This document shows, one piece after another, positions 25,480 through 37,089 of a DNA stretch of 64,000 bases. This DNA is from Euprymna scolopes. Its lineage: Eukaryota. The notes under the pieces are model-generated. The model made no database searches. It had not been told where the DNA came from and saw only the letters and a list, made by a program, of their open reading frames with translations. Made by a program: the position numbers and the translations under genes. The stretch is taken from assembly GCA_053919585.1 (NCBI GenBank), contig CM132789.1; one strand, 5' to 3'. Position 1 is the first letter of the stretch. Each line of letters starts with the position of its first letter.

Positions 25480-25660
25480 GTTTGTTTACTTGCCTCCCCA
25501 CAAGAGCAGAGTTAGACTTAAGGTCGGTTTTTAATGTGTGTGTGTGGGGGGGGGCAGCTCCCTAAAAAGGAGCACTCTGGTTAGAAACAAAAATTAAAAA
25601 AAATGTATCAGTCATGAAGGATTTCTCCTCCATTAACCGAGACCAAAAAAGTGTAGTTTA
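25480..25660 (-). repeat. Short retroposon family A (SINE/LINE-tail) copy
   Basis: Its reverse complement matches 38772-38945, 30300-30478 and 58940-59045 (ggaggagaaatcc.tcatgactga, aaaac.gacctt..gtctaac). Confidence 0.75.
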
Positions 25661-25961
25661 GAAACTTAATATGCGGATGTCTTATATCATAGTCTACCGT
25701 CCTCTCCTATTTCTAAAAGCAGTTTTGGAAAATTAATGATGTCGGTTGAATTCAGTTTTAACAACAGGTAGATTAATGGGGTTTGTATGGGTTCTCCTTG
25801 AAGAGTTGGTAAACATCTTTGTAGATTTCAATAAAGAGGGTCTGAAATCTGACCCTAAAAAGCCAACTATCTACTTTTGTTATGTTGACAACACGTTTTG
25901 AACAATCAATAAGCAAACTGCTTTTTATCTCTCTCAATAATATTCATCCAGCCTTTAAGTT

Positions 25962-28121
25962 AATAAGTCCCCAGACGTACCTCTCCATCGTACAGCATAT
26001 CGATACACTAAGGCTAACTGGGATAGCTTCCGTACATTTATATCTGATCTACCTCTGCATTCCATGTTTAAAAAGGATGTGTCCTCTATAGTATTAGACC
26101 TGACTGAATAGTTAATTGTAGGTATTGACCATTTCATACCCTCTAAAAAGTTTCAGCAAAAACCTAACAGCCAGCCATGGTTCTCTCCAGAATGTGCTGC
26201 TGCCATTGCGCACAGAAATCACTTTTTCCACTGCTTCAAACGTAATAGATGTATGGAAACTAAAGCCGTTTTCAGGACTGCCAGCAACCATTGTAAGAAA
26301 GTAATAAGGAACGCAAGAGAGTTGTATGCTCAATCAGTTAAGTTCAAAGTAGCTGAGCAGCGGCTTGGTTCTCACCAGTTTTGGCAAATAGCAAACAGAA
26401 TCCTGAACAGAAGCGTGCGCTCCATCCCAACTATTATCAATGGACCTGAGGTAATCTCGTCAGCATCAGACAAAGCCAAACTCTTTGTCAAGAACTTTGC
26501 AGCTAATTCTACCCTTTGCGACCAAGGCCGCCAACCCCCAATATTTCCTCCTGTATCAGAAAACACGCTATGTGATATACGTATATCTGTACGTGATGTT
26601 GCCAAGCTAATCAAAAACCTTGATTCCAGTAAAGCAACTGGCCCTGACGGTATTCCAATTATAGTACTCAAAAAACTTCAACCTGAACTAGCGCCCATAC
26701 TTACAAAACTGTTTAAACGTTGTCTTAAGGAGAATAGTTTCCCATCTCCCTGAAAAATCTCATCAGTATGCCCTGTATTTAAGAATTCAGGTGATCGCTC
26801 ATCCCCCTCTCAGTACAGGCCAATAAGTCTCCTGTGCATCATGAGTAAGTTGCTAGAATCTGTGTTAAATACAGAAGTAATCAACCATCTCAACAAAAAT
26901 AACCTTCTTAGTGACACTCAATATGGTTTCCGTTCTGCTAGATCTACAGCAGATGTGCTTACAGTTATATCGCATAGGATTAGCAAATCTCTCGACGGTG
27001 GCAATCTTTCTAGGGCAATTGCTCTTGACATATCTAAAGCCTTTGATAGGGTATGGCATAAAGGTTTACTTCATAAGATCGCTAGTTATGGTATAGCTGG
27101 AAATGTCTTCTCAATTATTAAATCATTTCTTTCTAATAGGTTCATAATAGTAGTAGTTGAGGGGCAAAAATCAGAAGCTCACAGTATTAATGCCGGTGTC
27201 CCTCAGGGGTCCATCCTGGGCCCAACTCTTTTCCTGATCTACATTAATGATCTTCCAAATCACATCCTTACATCATTTGTAGACATTTATGCTGACGACA
27301 CTACCATTTATGGTACCACATCTAAGACAGTAAACGACCAAGTTCTCTCCAATTCTCTCTCCTCTGATCTTGAGCACGTAGTACAATGGGGAAAGGAGTG
27401 GCTGGTTACTTTTAATGCATCTAAAACCAAGCTTCTCTCTTTACATCATCAACATTCTAATCCACATTTGGCATCAATTGAAATGAATGGCTCTCGTCTT
27501 CAGGAGGCCTCTAGTTTTGACAAGCTTCTGGGCTTGACCATTACTCCTGATCTTAAATGGAACACGTACATCAAATCTGTTGCCAAGGCCGCTGGAAAAA
27601 TGGTGGGATCTTTCTATCGATCCGGTAAATATCTCACTGCTGATGCTATTCTCTATCTATATAAGAGCCAGGTACGTCCAAAGATGGAATACTGTTGCCA
27701 TATTTGGGCAGGAGCTGCTAGAAAGGACTTGTCCTGCCTTGATAGAGTTCAAAATAGACTTCGTAGCCTCGTAGGAGATGTCCTTTTCTCTTCGCTGCAA
27801 CCTCTATCTCACAGAAGAGATGTTGCGAGTTTGTCTCTGATGTATCGTTATTTTCATGGAAAGTGTTCGACTGAGCTTCAATCTATGGTCCCCCCTCGCC
27901 AAACTTTCACAAGAAACACTCGTCTAGCTGTAAACACTATCAATAATTTCCCCCACTCTTTATCTGTGCCTAAACCTAAACGTAGATTCCATGAACAAAG
28001 CTTCTTTCTTAGAACTGCACGCCTGTGGAATTGTCTTCCGTTTTCCTGCTTTCCGGCTGACTACAATATGGTTGTGTTCAAGTCTAAAGTAAATAAGTTC
28101 TTGATGAGCCGTTCCATATAA
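25962..28121 (+). pseudogene. LINE ORF2 (linker, reverse transcriptase, C-terminal region); single frame with two premature stops
   Basis: No frameshifts from 25962 to 28121. Motifs KANWDSFR, QPWFSPEC, KATGPDGIP, YRPISLL, ALDISKAFDRVWH, VPQGSILGPTLF and YADD. Stops TAG at 26109-26111 and TGA at 26751-26753. Confidence 0.95.
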
Positions 28122-28243
28122 GTTATCAAATTTACCAAATTTTCATTACTAATGATTACTATATTGTCCAATTTCTACTGTACACTCTTTAACCCTTATC
28201 CTTGAGTGGCCTCTGGGCCTCGATAATGTGGTAATGCCTATGT

Positions 28244-28270
<27 letters not shown>
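25962..28270 (+). mobile_element. Young 5'-truncated CR1/L2-type LINE family 1
   Basis: Inserted inside the Penelope ORF (PAFK|FTID) with the short duplication aagtt (25957-25961 / 28269-28273). 3'UTR and 27-nt poly-A at 28244-28270. Confidence 0.95.
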
Positions 28271-28274
<4 letters not shown>

Positions 28275-29591
28275 ACTATAGATGTAGAAACCAATTCTTC
28301 ATTTTCATTTCTTGACATTTTAGTTTGTAAACCATACTCTGGTTTTCTTATCTCAGCATACCGGAAACCAACATTTACTGTTCTATATACACACGTTTGG
28401 ACACATTTTGTCCCACAAAAAAGAAAGTTCAATTTAAAACTTTTATCTATAGGGCCTTCATTTGTTTTAAAACTAAACTGAATAATGAAATTAAATTCAT
28501 CATCAAGACGCTTTATAATGATGGATATCTGTTAGTGTTCAATCTACCATCTGAAATAATTTTTTTAATTTCTATAAAAGTAAAACAGCTTCTGTGGATA
28601 GATGTCCCAATTACCTCCGCCTGCCTTGGCTATGTAATATTACCGATAGATTAGCCAAACAAATCTTTGTGCAACATTGTTGCTTTGCCTTGAACGCAGG
28701 AGCTATTTTTTCCACCATGCTGATCTTGGCATTTATTCAAAAGATATTCTTACCCCACACCATAATAATTCTATTATTTATGTAAAATGCAGTCACAGTT
28801 TGGAAATATGTCACAAAGATTAGACATCTGGGTCAAACAATATGTGTGCATAAAAACTGGTCAAAAAAATTATTTACCATCGGATGTTCCGAACAATATA
28901 TACAGGTCTTTCATCGCTGAACATCTAATAAATATTCATATCTGTGACTCCAATTTTACTGTTAACTTAGTCTCCATTCTAAGCAAGTCATGCTCTGCAT
29001 TTCATTTCAAAATTCTAAAAACTACATCAAATCTTTATAATCTCCTCTTTGCAAACAAAGAAAATCTTCTTGAACTTAATGTAGTCTCTATTTTTTTTTT
29101 AATCCTTTCCCTCATTGTAATTCTCATATCATTATTTTTATTCGATTAACTCAATTTTGATTTAGCTCTGTTGAGCAAGGTTCAAAACCAATTAGCTAGC
29201 CTTTACATCCTGTAATTTTAATTCATTATGTTTAGCAAGAAAACCCAAAACTATCTGTTCATTATAATATAGCTGCTTTCTTTATTCATTTATACCGGAA
29301 AAAAGAAAATATAAGACCACAATATGTACCCTATCAGTTAAATTCGAAAACATTCATTTCAGTTCATCATACAAAGAGTCCGTTTATACTTCACTGAAGG
29401 CTTAAAAAAACAAAAAAACAAAAGCAAAGGTTTCCGAAAATTACCTAAAAAATAAGAAATTAGGATTTACCTTTCTTCTAAAATCGTCTAAAATACTCAG
29501 TAAGAAATGTTACAAATTTATTCGTTTATTCATTTCTTTTTCACCAATTTGTACGCTCATGATTTTCCATACACGAATTACACTCACATTA

Positions 29592-29721
29592 TATATAAAG
29601 ATCAATTATAACCATAGTCTTAAAATCATAACCATATAATGAATATATATATATATATATATATATATTCATTATATGGTTATAATTTGAAGACCATGGT
29701 TATAATTGAACTTTTTGTATA
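29592..29721. repeat. Near-perfect palindrome centred on (AT)n
   Basis: Arms tcaattataaccatagtcttaaaatcataaccatataatgaa / ttcattatatggttataatttgaagaccatggttataattga. Confidence 0.9.
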
Positions 29722-30299
29722 AGATTACATACATAATATAATTATAACTGCACTGCTTGAAAAAAAATAATGAGCTTTCTAAAAAAAAAAAAAAAAAAAA
29801 TCTAACCTAATTTTATCTATCTTGTTTGAAAAGACGTTTTGTGGTAAATTGACCTGCTTGTTCACTTAAGTGAATTGCATAAAACTAAATAAAACTAAAT
29901 ACTTAGCTGTGATGAGAAGAATTAAAAAATTAAGTGAAATGAAACAAAGAAAGATCAGAGGGCAAAACAATGAAAGTATTCCAATCAATTTCAATCGGTT
30001 TCTAATGATTCAAACTGACATGACAACATCAATAGATAAAGGCAATTTGGAGTCTGAGAAAAAGAAAAAAATCAATGGATTTAACGATAATGCTATTGAA
30101 ATTCTTCCTCTTTTGGTTCCTTATGTTGTATTTTTCTTTTTTTCTTAGTTTTTTTAATTATTCAAAGAAAAATCTAGCTTGGGTATTTAAACGGATTCAT
30201 GTGTGATTAAAAAGAAAGCATTTCTAGAAATGAAGATCGCGTAAGGAAAATCTCGAAGATGGCTTTGTCTTTTGGCTTGGAGCAAAATGTAGTATGTGT

Positions 30300-30478
30300 T
30301 CTTATACCACACGACATCTTTTCTGTCTTCCATCAGTAAAGGAGACATGCTTCTATGCTGAGGCAACTTTAATTTTAATCCCATTCCAGAACACTCTTTT
30401 TAGGGGAGCTGGATTTTCTCAGCATTAGAGATTGACCTTGTGTCTTACTCTGTAATCGTAGAAAGACTAGTAAATAGA
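30300..30478 (+). repeat. Short retroposon family A copy
   Basis: ctgaggcaa...ccagaacactctttttaggggagctggattttc...tgaccttgtgtc is shared with 38772-38945. Confidence 0.7.
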
Positions 30479-31833
30479 GGCATACAAAAATGCACACACG
30501 TTTGAAGAGCAAGATATGGTCCGAAATACATTGCAAATAAGTATCTCGCTTTGCATTCAGAAGATATGGTGACCATGTGACATATTTCCAAACTGCAACT
30601 GCATTTTACATAAATAAACAATAGAATTATTATGGTGTGGAGGAAGAATATCTTTTGAATAAATGTTAAGATCAGCTATGGTAGTATCGTTTCCCGGGGA
30701 GAGTTACTTGGTTGAGAAACGTCCTGGGAATGCAACCAGCTCCCCGGGGGGAATAAACGATATCCAAATGATGAAGACATGGTAATAAGTCTTAGAAACG
30801 GTCCCATGATGATGTGAAGATGGGTCAGTCCTTAGTGTCGGAATATGAAGAGGAAAAGCACACCTGAGGTACTGGATGTATGTGGTTCCTTCATTCTCTC
30901 AAGATCACTCTGCCGGTATTTGGCTGCAATCTTCTTAGTCTTCAGGGCCGCCTCATTCGACTTGAAACATTTACGGCAGACACAAATAAACGACATGGAT
31001 ATATGTTCATTTTATATGTAAAATAAAGTTAGTACAACACTCTACACAGGTGCTTGATAATAACAAAAGCCACATATATAAATCCCTTTCCAGTTAATGA
31101 TTTCTGGCACATATTGGTCTGTGTTGTTAAAAAACAAAATTTTACTTTTGATCATTTTTTTTCAGTTTTAATATTTAATCCTGATCATAATTTTTTCATA
31201 AAATAGTCATACATAAAGTCGGAGGAATTTTCTATCACCTGCATAAATCTTTCTTTTCTTATTGAGACAGTTGCAAGATATATCTATATATTATTTATCT
31301 ATTAAAATTAAATTCAAATAAAAAAATTTTCTCTTATGGGTTAAACTTTTGAATTTTCATAAATATAATTATTTTAAAAAAAAAGTCCTGCACTTGTCTG
31401 GTGTTTTAAACTGTTAAATTTTGAATTCCAAAATCAACAGTGCTTTTTAAACATTGGATTTTCTATCATTTTGACACACATGCATGCAACCAGCCCTTCA
31501 CACTGTATCAGAATTTAAAACCTCGATCTTCATCAATATCTGAGGATGTGCCAGGCACGACCACCAGCATGGCACATACAAAAAAGAAAAGAAAAAATGT
31601 GATCTGTATTTTCTTGAAGAAGATCCTTTTATGGGTCAAAAATTTGAGTTTAATTTTAATAAATAAATATAGTTATTTAAATACATCATGCACTTGTTTA
31701 TTTTNNNNNNNNNNNNNNNNNNNNNNNNNNNNNNNNNNNNNNNNNNNNNNNNNNNNNNNNNNNNNNNNNNNNNNNNNNNNNNNNNNNNNNNNNNNNNNNN
31801 NNNNNNNNNNNNNNNNNNNNNNNNNNNNNNNNN

Positions 31834-32250
31834 TTAAATGTAACGTTAAATTCCTTTAAAAAAATGAAGTATAAAAAAAAAAACGGAAAGAAACAGAAAT
31901 ACTCGAGCTGAGACGATACCAAAACTTAAAGAGAGGGAGTCAAGTACGATAACCATTAGCCAAGCTTAACAGGATTTTTCCAAATTGTTTCCAAACCTAC
32001 TTATACTTAACATAAGGAATCTGTCATGCGCATTCGTGAAACAGTTGACAAGCAGATACAAATCCAATGCCTCCCATGTGCCAATTTTTCAATATTGATC
32101 CCAAAGTAGCTTATTTCTCCATATGAAAACCGATTAAAAAGTTTTCCACATGTTTAAATACCGTATATACCAAATTTATAGATCACAAATTTGTTGAGTA
32201 TATAGGTTCAGAAGTGTCCACACACACACGTTCTCACTTATGTTTATATG
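31834..32250 (-). mobile_element. Helitron H1 copy (3' end lost in the gap)
   Basis: Colinear with 9830-10190 (tactcgagctgaga, gagtcaagtac.ataaccatta, gaaacagttgacaa.cagata). Confidence 0.75.
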
Positions 32251-32599
32251 TAATTTAACTAGTTGGGCCAATGATTACATATGAATAAATAAAATTCTCA
32301 TTTAAATAGCTCAATAGTATAATAGTAGAGCTATAAATATTTTTCTTTAAAAGATATCACATTAATAGGCATTAATAATAGAGAAGAATTTATTCATTTT
32401 TGAAAAGTTTTTCTTTTATTGGCCACAACATTGGGTACAATTGTTTCAGCACCTTAGTGTTGGCGTATAAAAATGTAACTTCATCAAATTATAATTTGCA
32501 TAACATTGGGTTTCATCAGCATGTAGAAAAAAAATATCAAAAGTTTTCCAGCCTACGAATAAGACCTTTCCAATTAATACGGCATGGCCATTTTTTTTT

Positions 32600-32968
32600 T
32601 GTCAATATCAACAGCATATGTGTTTCTTTGTACAACCCTCCTACAGCCCATAGTATTGGACTAATCATGACCAAACCCGGCATGATGATATTCCTCCACC
32701 AAGGAATGGTGTACACGATTTTCAAAGATCAAAGTCATAGCCTATGCATACATATACTCCTATAGCCCACACAACTGGGCCGATCATGACTAAACCTGAC
32801 ATGAGAATGGTTTCCGACCTAAGGATGGTGCACATAATTTTTCAAGGTCAAGACCAAAGTACATATTTAGTGGAGCTCTAACAACATCCACTTACTGCAA
32901 GGGTGTCTGCGAAGCGGGTACTCAAGCAAACAGCAAAGTTCCAGGCGAAGCGTGGGTATCTTTGCTAG
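32600..32968 (+). mobile_element. Non-autonomous Helitron with two ~120-bp internal tandem units
   Basis: Units start near 32637 and 32757 (ctccta.agccca...atcatgac.aaacc.g.catga). 3' hairpin ccaggcgaagcgtggg followed by CTAG|T at 32965-32968. Confidence 0.7.
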
Positions 32969-32996
32969 TCTCTCTCTCTCTCTTTCTTTCTATACA

Positions 32997-33608
32997 TTTT
33001 TTTTTTTTTTTTTTACAAAGGCATCACCACATTATCAAGGCCCAGAGGCCACTCAAGGATAAGGGTTAAAGAGTGTACAGTAGAAGTTGGTCAATATAGT
33101 AATCATTAGTAATGAAAATTTGGTAAATTTAATAACTTATATGGAACGGCTCATCAAGAACTTATTTACCTTAGACTTGAACACAACCATATTGTAGTCA
33201 GCCGGAAAGCAGGAAAACGGAAGACAATTCCACAGGCGTGTAGTTCTAAGAAAGAAGCTTTGTTCATGGAATCTACGTTTAGGTTTAGGCACAGATAAAG
33301 AGTGGGGGAAATTATTGATAGTGTTTACAGCTAGACGAGTGTTTCTTGTGAAAGTTTGGCGAGGGGGGACCATAGATTGAAGCTCAGTTGAACACTTTCC
33401 ATGAAAATAACGATACATCAGAGACAAACTCGCAACATCTCTTCTGTGAGATAGAGGTTGCAAGGAGGAGAAAAGGACATCTCCTACGAGGCTACGAAGT
33501 CTATTTTGAACTCTATCAAGGCAGGACAAGTCCTTTCTAGCAGCTCCTGCCCAGATGTGGCAACAGTATTCCATCCTTGGACGTACCTGGCTCTTATATA
33601 GATAGAGA
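32997..33608 (-). mobile_element. CR1/L2-type LINE family 1, 3' fragment, near-identical to 27650-28270
   Basis: From LYLYKSQVRP to NKFLMSRSI* the protein differs at only 2 residues. Same 3'UTR; poly-T. Confidence 0.95.
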
Positions 33609-33723
33609 CATAAACAAGAAGAAAAATTGAGACAAACTAAGGGGAGACAGCAGATCTTTAACAAATATAAAGAGCTCGATATTCTAATGGCTAGAGTTAT
33701 ATCAATAATCTAAAAGTTAAATG

Positions 33724-33765
<42 letters not shown>

Positions 33766-33928
33766 AAAATTACAATTGAACTTACCAAAATGATCCAAGA
33801 TGGTAAAATTAAAGTAAATTATAAATATTAAAGAATTAATATTTATAAAATTATCTCAGCCAGATATAAAAGCTCGATAAAACCAAATAGGAAATAGAGC
33901 TTATAATATGAGCAAACTGTTAATAAAA

Positions 33929-33945
33929 TATAATTGATGGGTTTG

Positions 33946-33993
<48 letters not shown>

Positions 33994-34011
33994 CAAGCCC
34001 ATAAATTTATA
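33929..34011. repeat. Palindrome centred on (AT)n
   Basis: Arms tataattgatgggtttgttcat / atgaacaagcccataaatttata. Confidence 0.85.
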
Positions 34012-35021
34012 CAAGAAAACTGTCAGTACTCCTTAGTATTCGGCCACAATTAATCAATTTATAAATAAATCTTAATCTATAGCTTATGGCAAATACTAAT
34101 GAATGCTAACACTCTTCTCGGTATTAAACATAATTTATCTATGTAAATAAATATGTTGAACTCGAACTCTAATAATTGAGCACTCTTGTTAATTTTTCTT
34201 TTCAAAAACTATATATGGTCTCTTTCTCCATATATATATGCATTATATAATATTATTTTAATAAATATGAGTATGTTCGCATATATGCATGTTTTGTTTT
34301 ATAAAGACTTATTAGTATTGCTATACAGTAGATGTGTTGGCTTCAGTCACTATTGACTTAAGATCTAATGTCTTCGCTAACATGACCACCAAGACAAACG
34401 TGTGAATGGAAAGGAATATATCATAATTATTTTTTACTATGCTATACTATATTTAGTATATTAAGTTTCCAAAAGGATTCAATTCAAAGGGAAATAATTT
34501 TACATATATGATAGACATAAATTTATCTTTCTCATTAGAATGCATGCCTTTTAAAGAAGCTAATTTAATACATACATATACAGGATAATCTTCTAAACTT
34601 ATGAATGAAGCAGTATGAATTTTGGAATATATATTTTAGGCAATATGATAACACGGGAACATTATTTTTTATAAACTTTACTATTTACGAAGTGCACCCG
34701 CCCAAACTCGTACTCATCCCCACAAAACCTTATAAAGTTTGGTAAAAAAAAAATGTAATGGAGAAAAGAATTGCTGTACATCAAATTTTCAGCTATATTA
34801 AGTAAGACATTTCTAAAAGCATTAATGTGAGGGAGAAGGCATGAGTATAAAAAATAGGTATAGATTTGGTAAAATGCTAAACTATAAAAATTTATCATGA
34901 ATGATTGAATATGTATTGTAGGCAACAGGGAGAGGGGGGGATAACATGGACACATTATTATTTTTTTATAAACTTTACCACTTAGGTGAGTACCACCAAA
35001 ACCGCAGCATACCCCCACCAA

Positions 35022-35470
35022 AACAAGGCATGAAGACCACTTGAGGATAAAGGTTAATGAGTGTAAAGTGGATGGTGGGACAGCAACACAATGATCTGTA
35101 GTGGTGAAAATTGGGTAGAATTTTATTAATTAAGACTACTGTGCAACAATAATTTGTTTACATCTGACTCGAAAATGACCATGTTGTAGTCGGCTGGAAA
35201 GCAGCCCCATGATATATTTCCACTGATAGGCAGTTCTAGGATATAAATTTTGCTAATCGAATTTGCATTTAGATTTTGGCACAGATAGAAAGTGGGGGAA
35301 ATTGTTGACAATGATTGTAGTTAGATGAGTGTTCATAGTGAATGTTTTGCAGGGGGGGCTGCATAAATTGAATCTCAGTTGAGCACTTGCTGTAAAAATA
35401 ATGGTAGAACAGAGAAAGCCTCACAACGTCTCTTCTGTTAGAAAGAGAGTTCAAGGAGGAGAAATGGATA
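35022..35470 (-). mobile_element. CR1/L2-type LINE family 1, older 3' fragment
   Basis: Translation SLSNRRDVVRLSLFYHYFYSKCSTE and CFPADYNMVIFESDVNK, plus the 3'UTR motif. Confidence 0.85.
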
Positions 35471-35939
35471 TTAGCTAAAAAAAACTAATGTTATATTTAT
35501 TACTTAGACCTGTCCTAGAACGTGTATTCTGCTAGTACATACATAAGATTATTACTTTGTTAAAAAAACCATTGAATTTACTGTTTAACTGATCATATTA
35601 TTTATGTTTTAAGCACATAACATTCACACAGCAACAGAATGGCAGAAATTGATCTTAAATAATTTGCAATCATAATATCCCCATGTGTCAATTTGATATT
35701 AAAATATGATAATAGGAATGTCTTTAAAAATGAATCGATAACAATGATTACTCGTTAATTTTCTTTTGATATTCTCCATAATAATTTAGTAAGAAGAAAT
35801 TCTTCAACCCATCAATGAGCAGAGATTCATTAATTCTATATGCGGCACATTTTGCTCTATTATCTTTTCATGGCTTCACTTTCTTAGCGTTAAACTAGAA
35901 GTACTGAAAATATCTGCCGATGATAATATTCAATTATGC

Positions 35940-36345
35940 CCGACTTACTGGATTGGTGCATTTATCACTTGCTTCTCAAGGTTAAAAAAAAGTCCATTTT
36001 ATAGGTCTCGCACTATTGACCAAGCTCCAACCTCTGTCCTATCGATTCAGTGTTGCATCCCTGTGCTTGTTTTACAAGTACTTTGATGGAATGTGCTCTG
36101 ATGAACTTATGCCCCTCAACATACATTCTAACAATTAACTCGACAAGCAGCAAAATCTCACCCCTTTACTATTGAGATTTCTGTCGGAAAGCCTTCTACT
36201 CTAATTGTTTTTTCCCTTGAACTACTAAACTTTGGAATTCCCTGACTGTTTACTAAGTCCCTGACTGTACTAACCTGTAGAAGTTTAAATGTAATGTGAA
36301 CACATATCAACTCTCCACAGTTCTGTCAGATATGATCTTAAATAG
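35940..36345 (+). mobile_element. CR1/L2-type LINE family 2, older 3' fragment
   Basis: Translation KLQPLSYR.SVASLCLFYKYFDGMCSDEL, RQAAKSHPFTIEI and KFKCNVN. Confidence 0.8.
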
Positions 36346-37089
36346 TAGCCCTTTATGTTCTAAGTTGCAGTACGCTTTGTTTGAGGGGAAGGAAAAGTAA
36401 AACAAAAGTATCCACCTCAACATCCAATTCTCCTTTGTATATAATTATACAGGATATAAAGACAACGATATCGAATAGAAAAAGGTAGCGTATAATGAAG
36501 CTTATGTTTTCTTTTTTGCTGGACGTTGTAACCATCCTTATGTTTTTTTTTTTTTTTTTTTTTTTTGGGGGGGGGGGGGGTCACTCAAGATGTACTTAAT
36601 GAAAATTTGGTCCAGTATCCAACCAAATAGTCTCAGCTTTGTTTCATGGGCAATGAATTATTTTGCATTGCCAACAAGGATAGAAGAAAAAGGAAATGGA
36701 AATGTTTCCAATTTTTTTTTTTTTTTTTTTTTTTTTTTCTGTCCACATTAAAAGAAATCATCAAGACAAATCCAGGTCTATTTGACTTTAGTAACATAAT
36801 TGCATATTTATATGTAAAAACCACTAAGTTATCAGTTTATGACTATGGAAATCAACAGAATAAAAAATATTCGCTTAGTCATCTACCATAGAAAAGAGTT
36901 AGTAGAATCTAAAAATGCCAAAATAAGTAAAAGTATAAAAGAAGAAAAAAAAAAAACAGAAGAAGAAAGAGAAGAATCAATTTTTAAAGATCAAAAAGAA
37001 AAAGAAAAAAATGTCGCCAATTCAGAAAAGACACTTTCTAAACCTCTAATAATTGTTTGGTTCAAGCCCAATCGATCCTAACAGTGCAT

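Larger units (their letters stand above)
25700..29085 (+). mobile_element. Penelope-like retroelement (RT plus GIY-YIG endonuclease remnant), split by a LINE insertion
   Basis: Left part: VEFSFNN..NGVCMGSP..NIFV..KPTIYFCYVDNTF..LNNIHPAFK. It resumes at 28271 with FTIDVETNSSFSFLDILV..AYRKPTFT, YRAFIC, YLRLPWL, NSIIY, QRLDIWVKQ, IAEHLIN and LCKQKE. Confidence 0.85.

Noticed and set aside
30680-30990. GC-richer block suggesting an exon or retroelement fragment
   Set aside because: No frame gives a motif I can identify.
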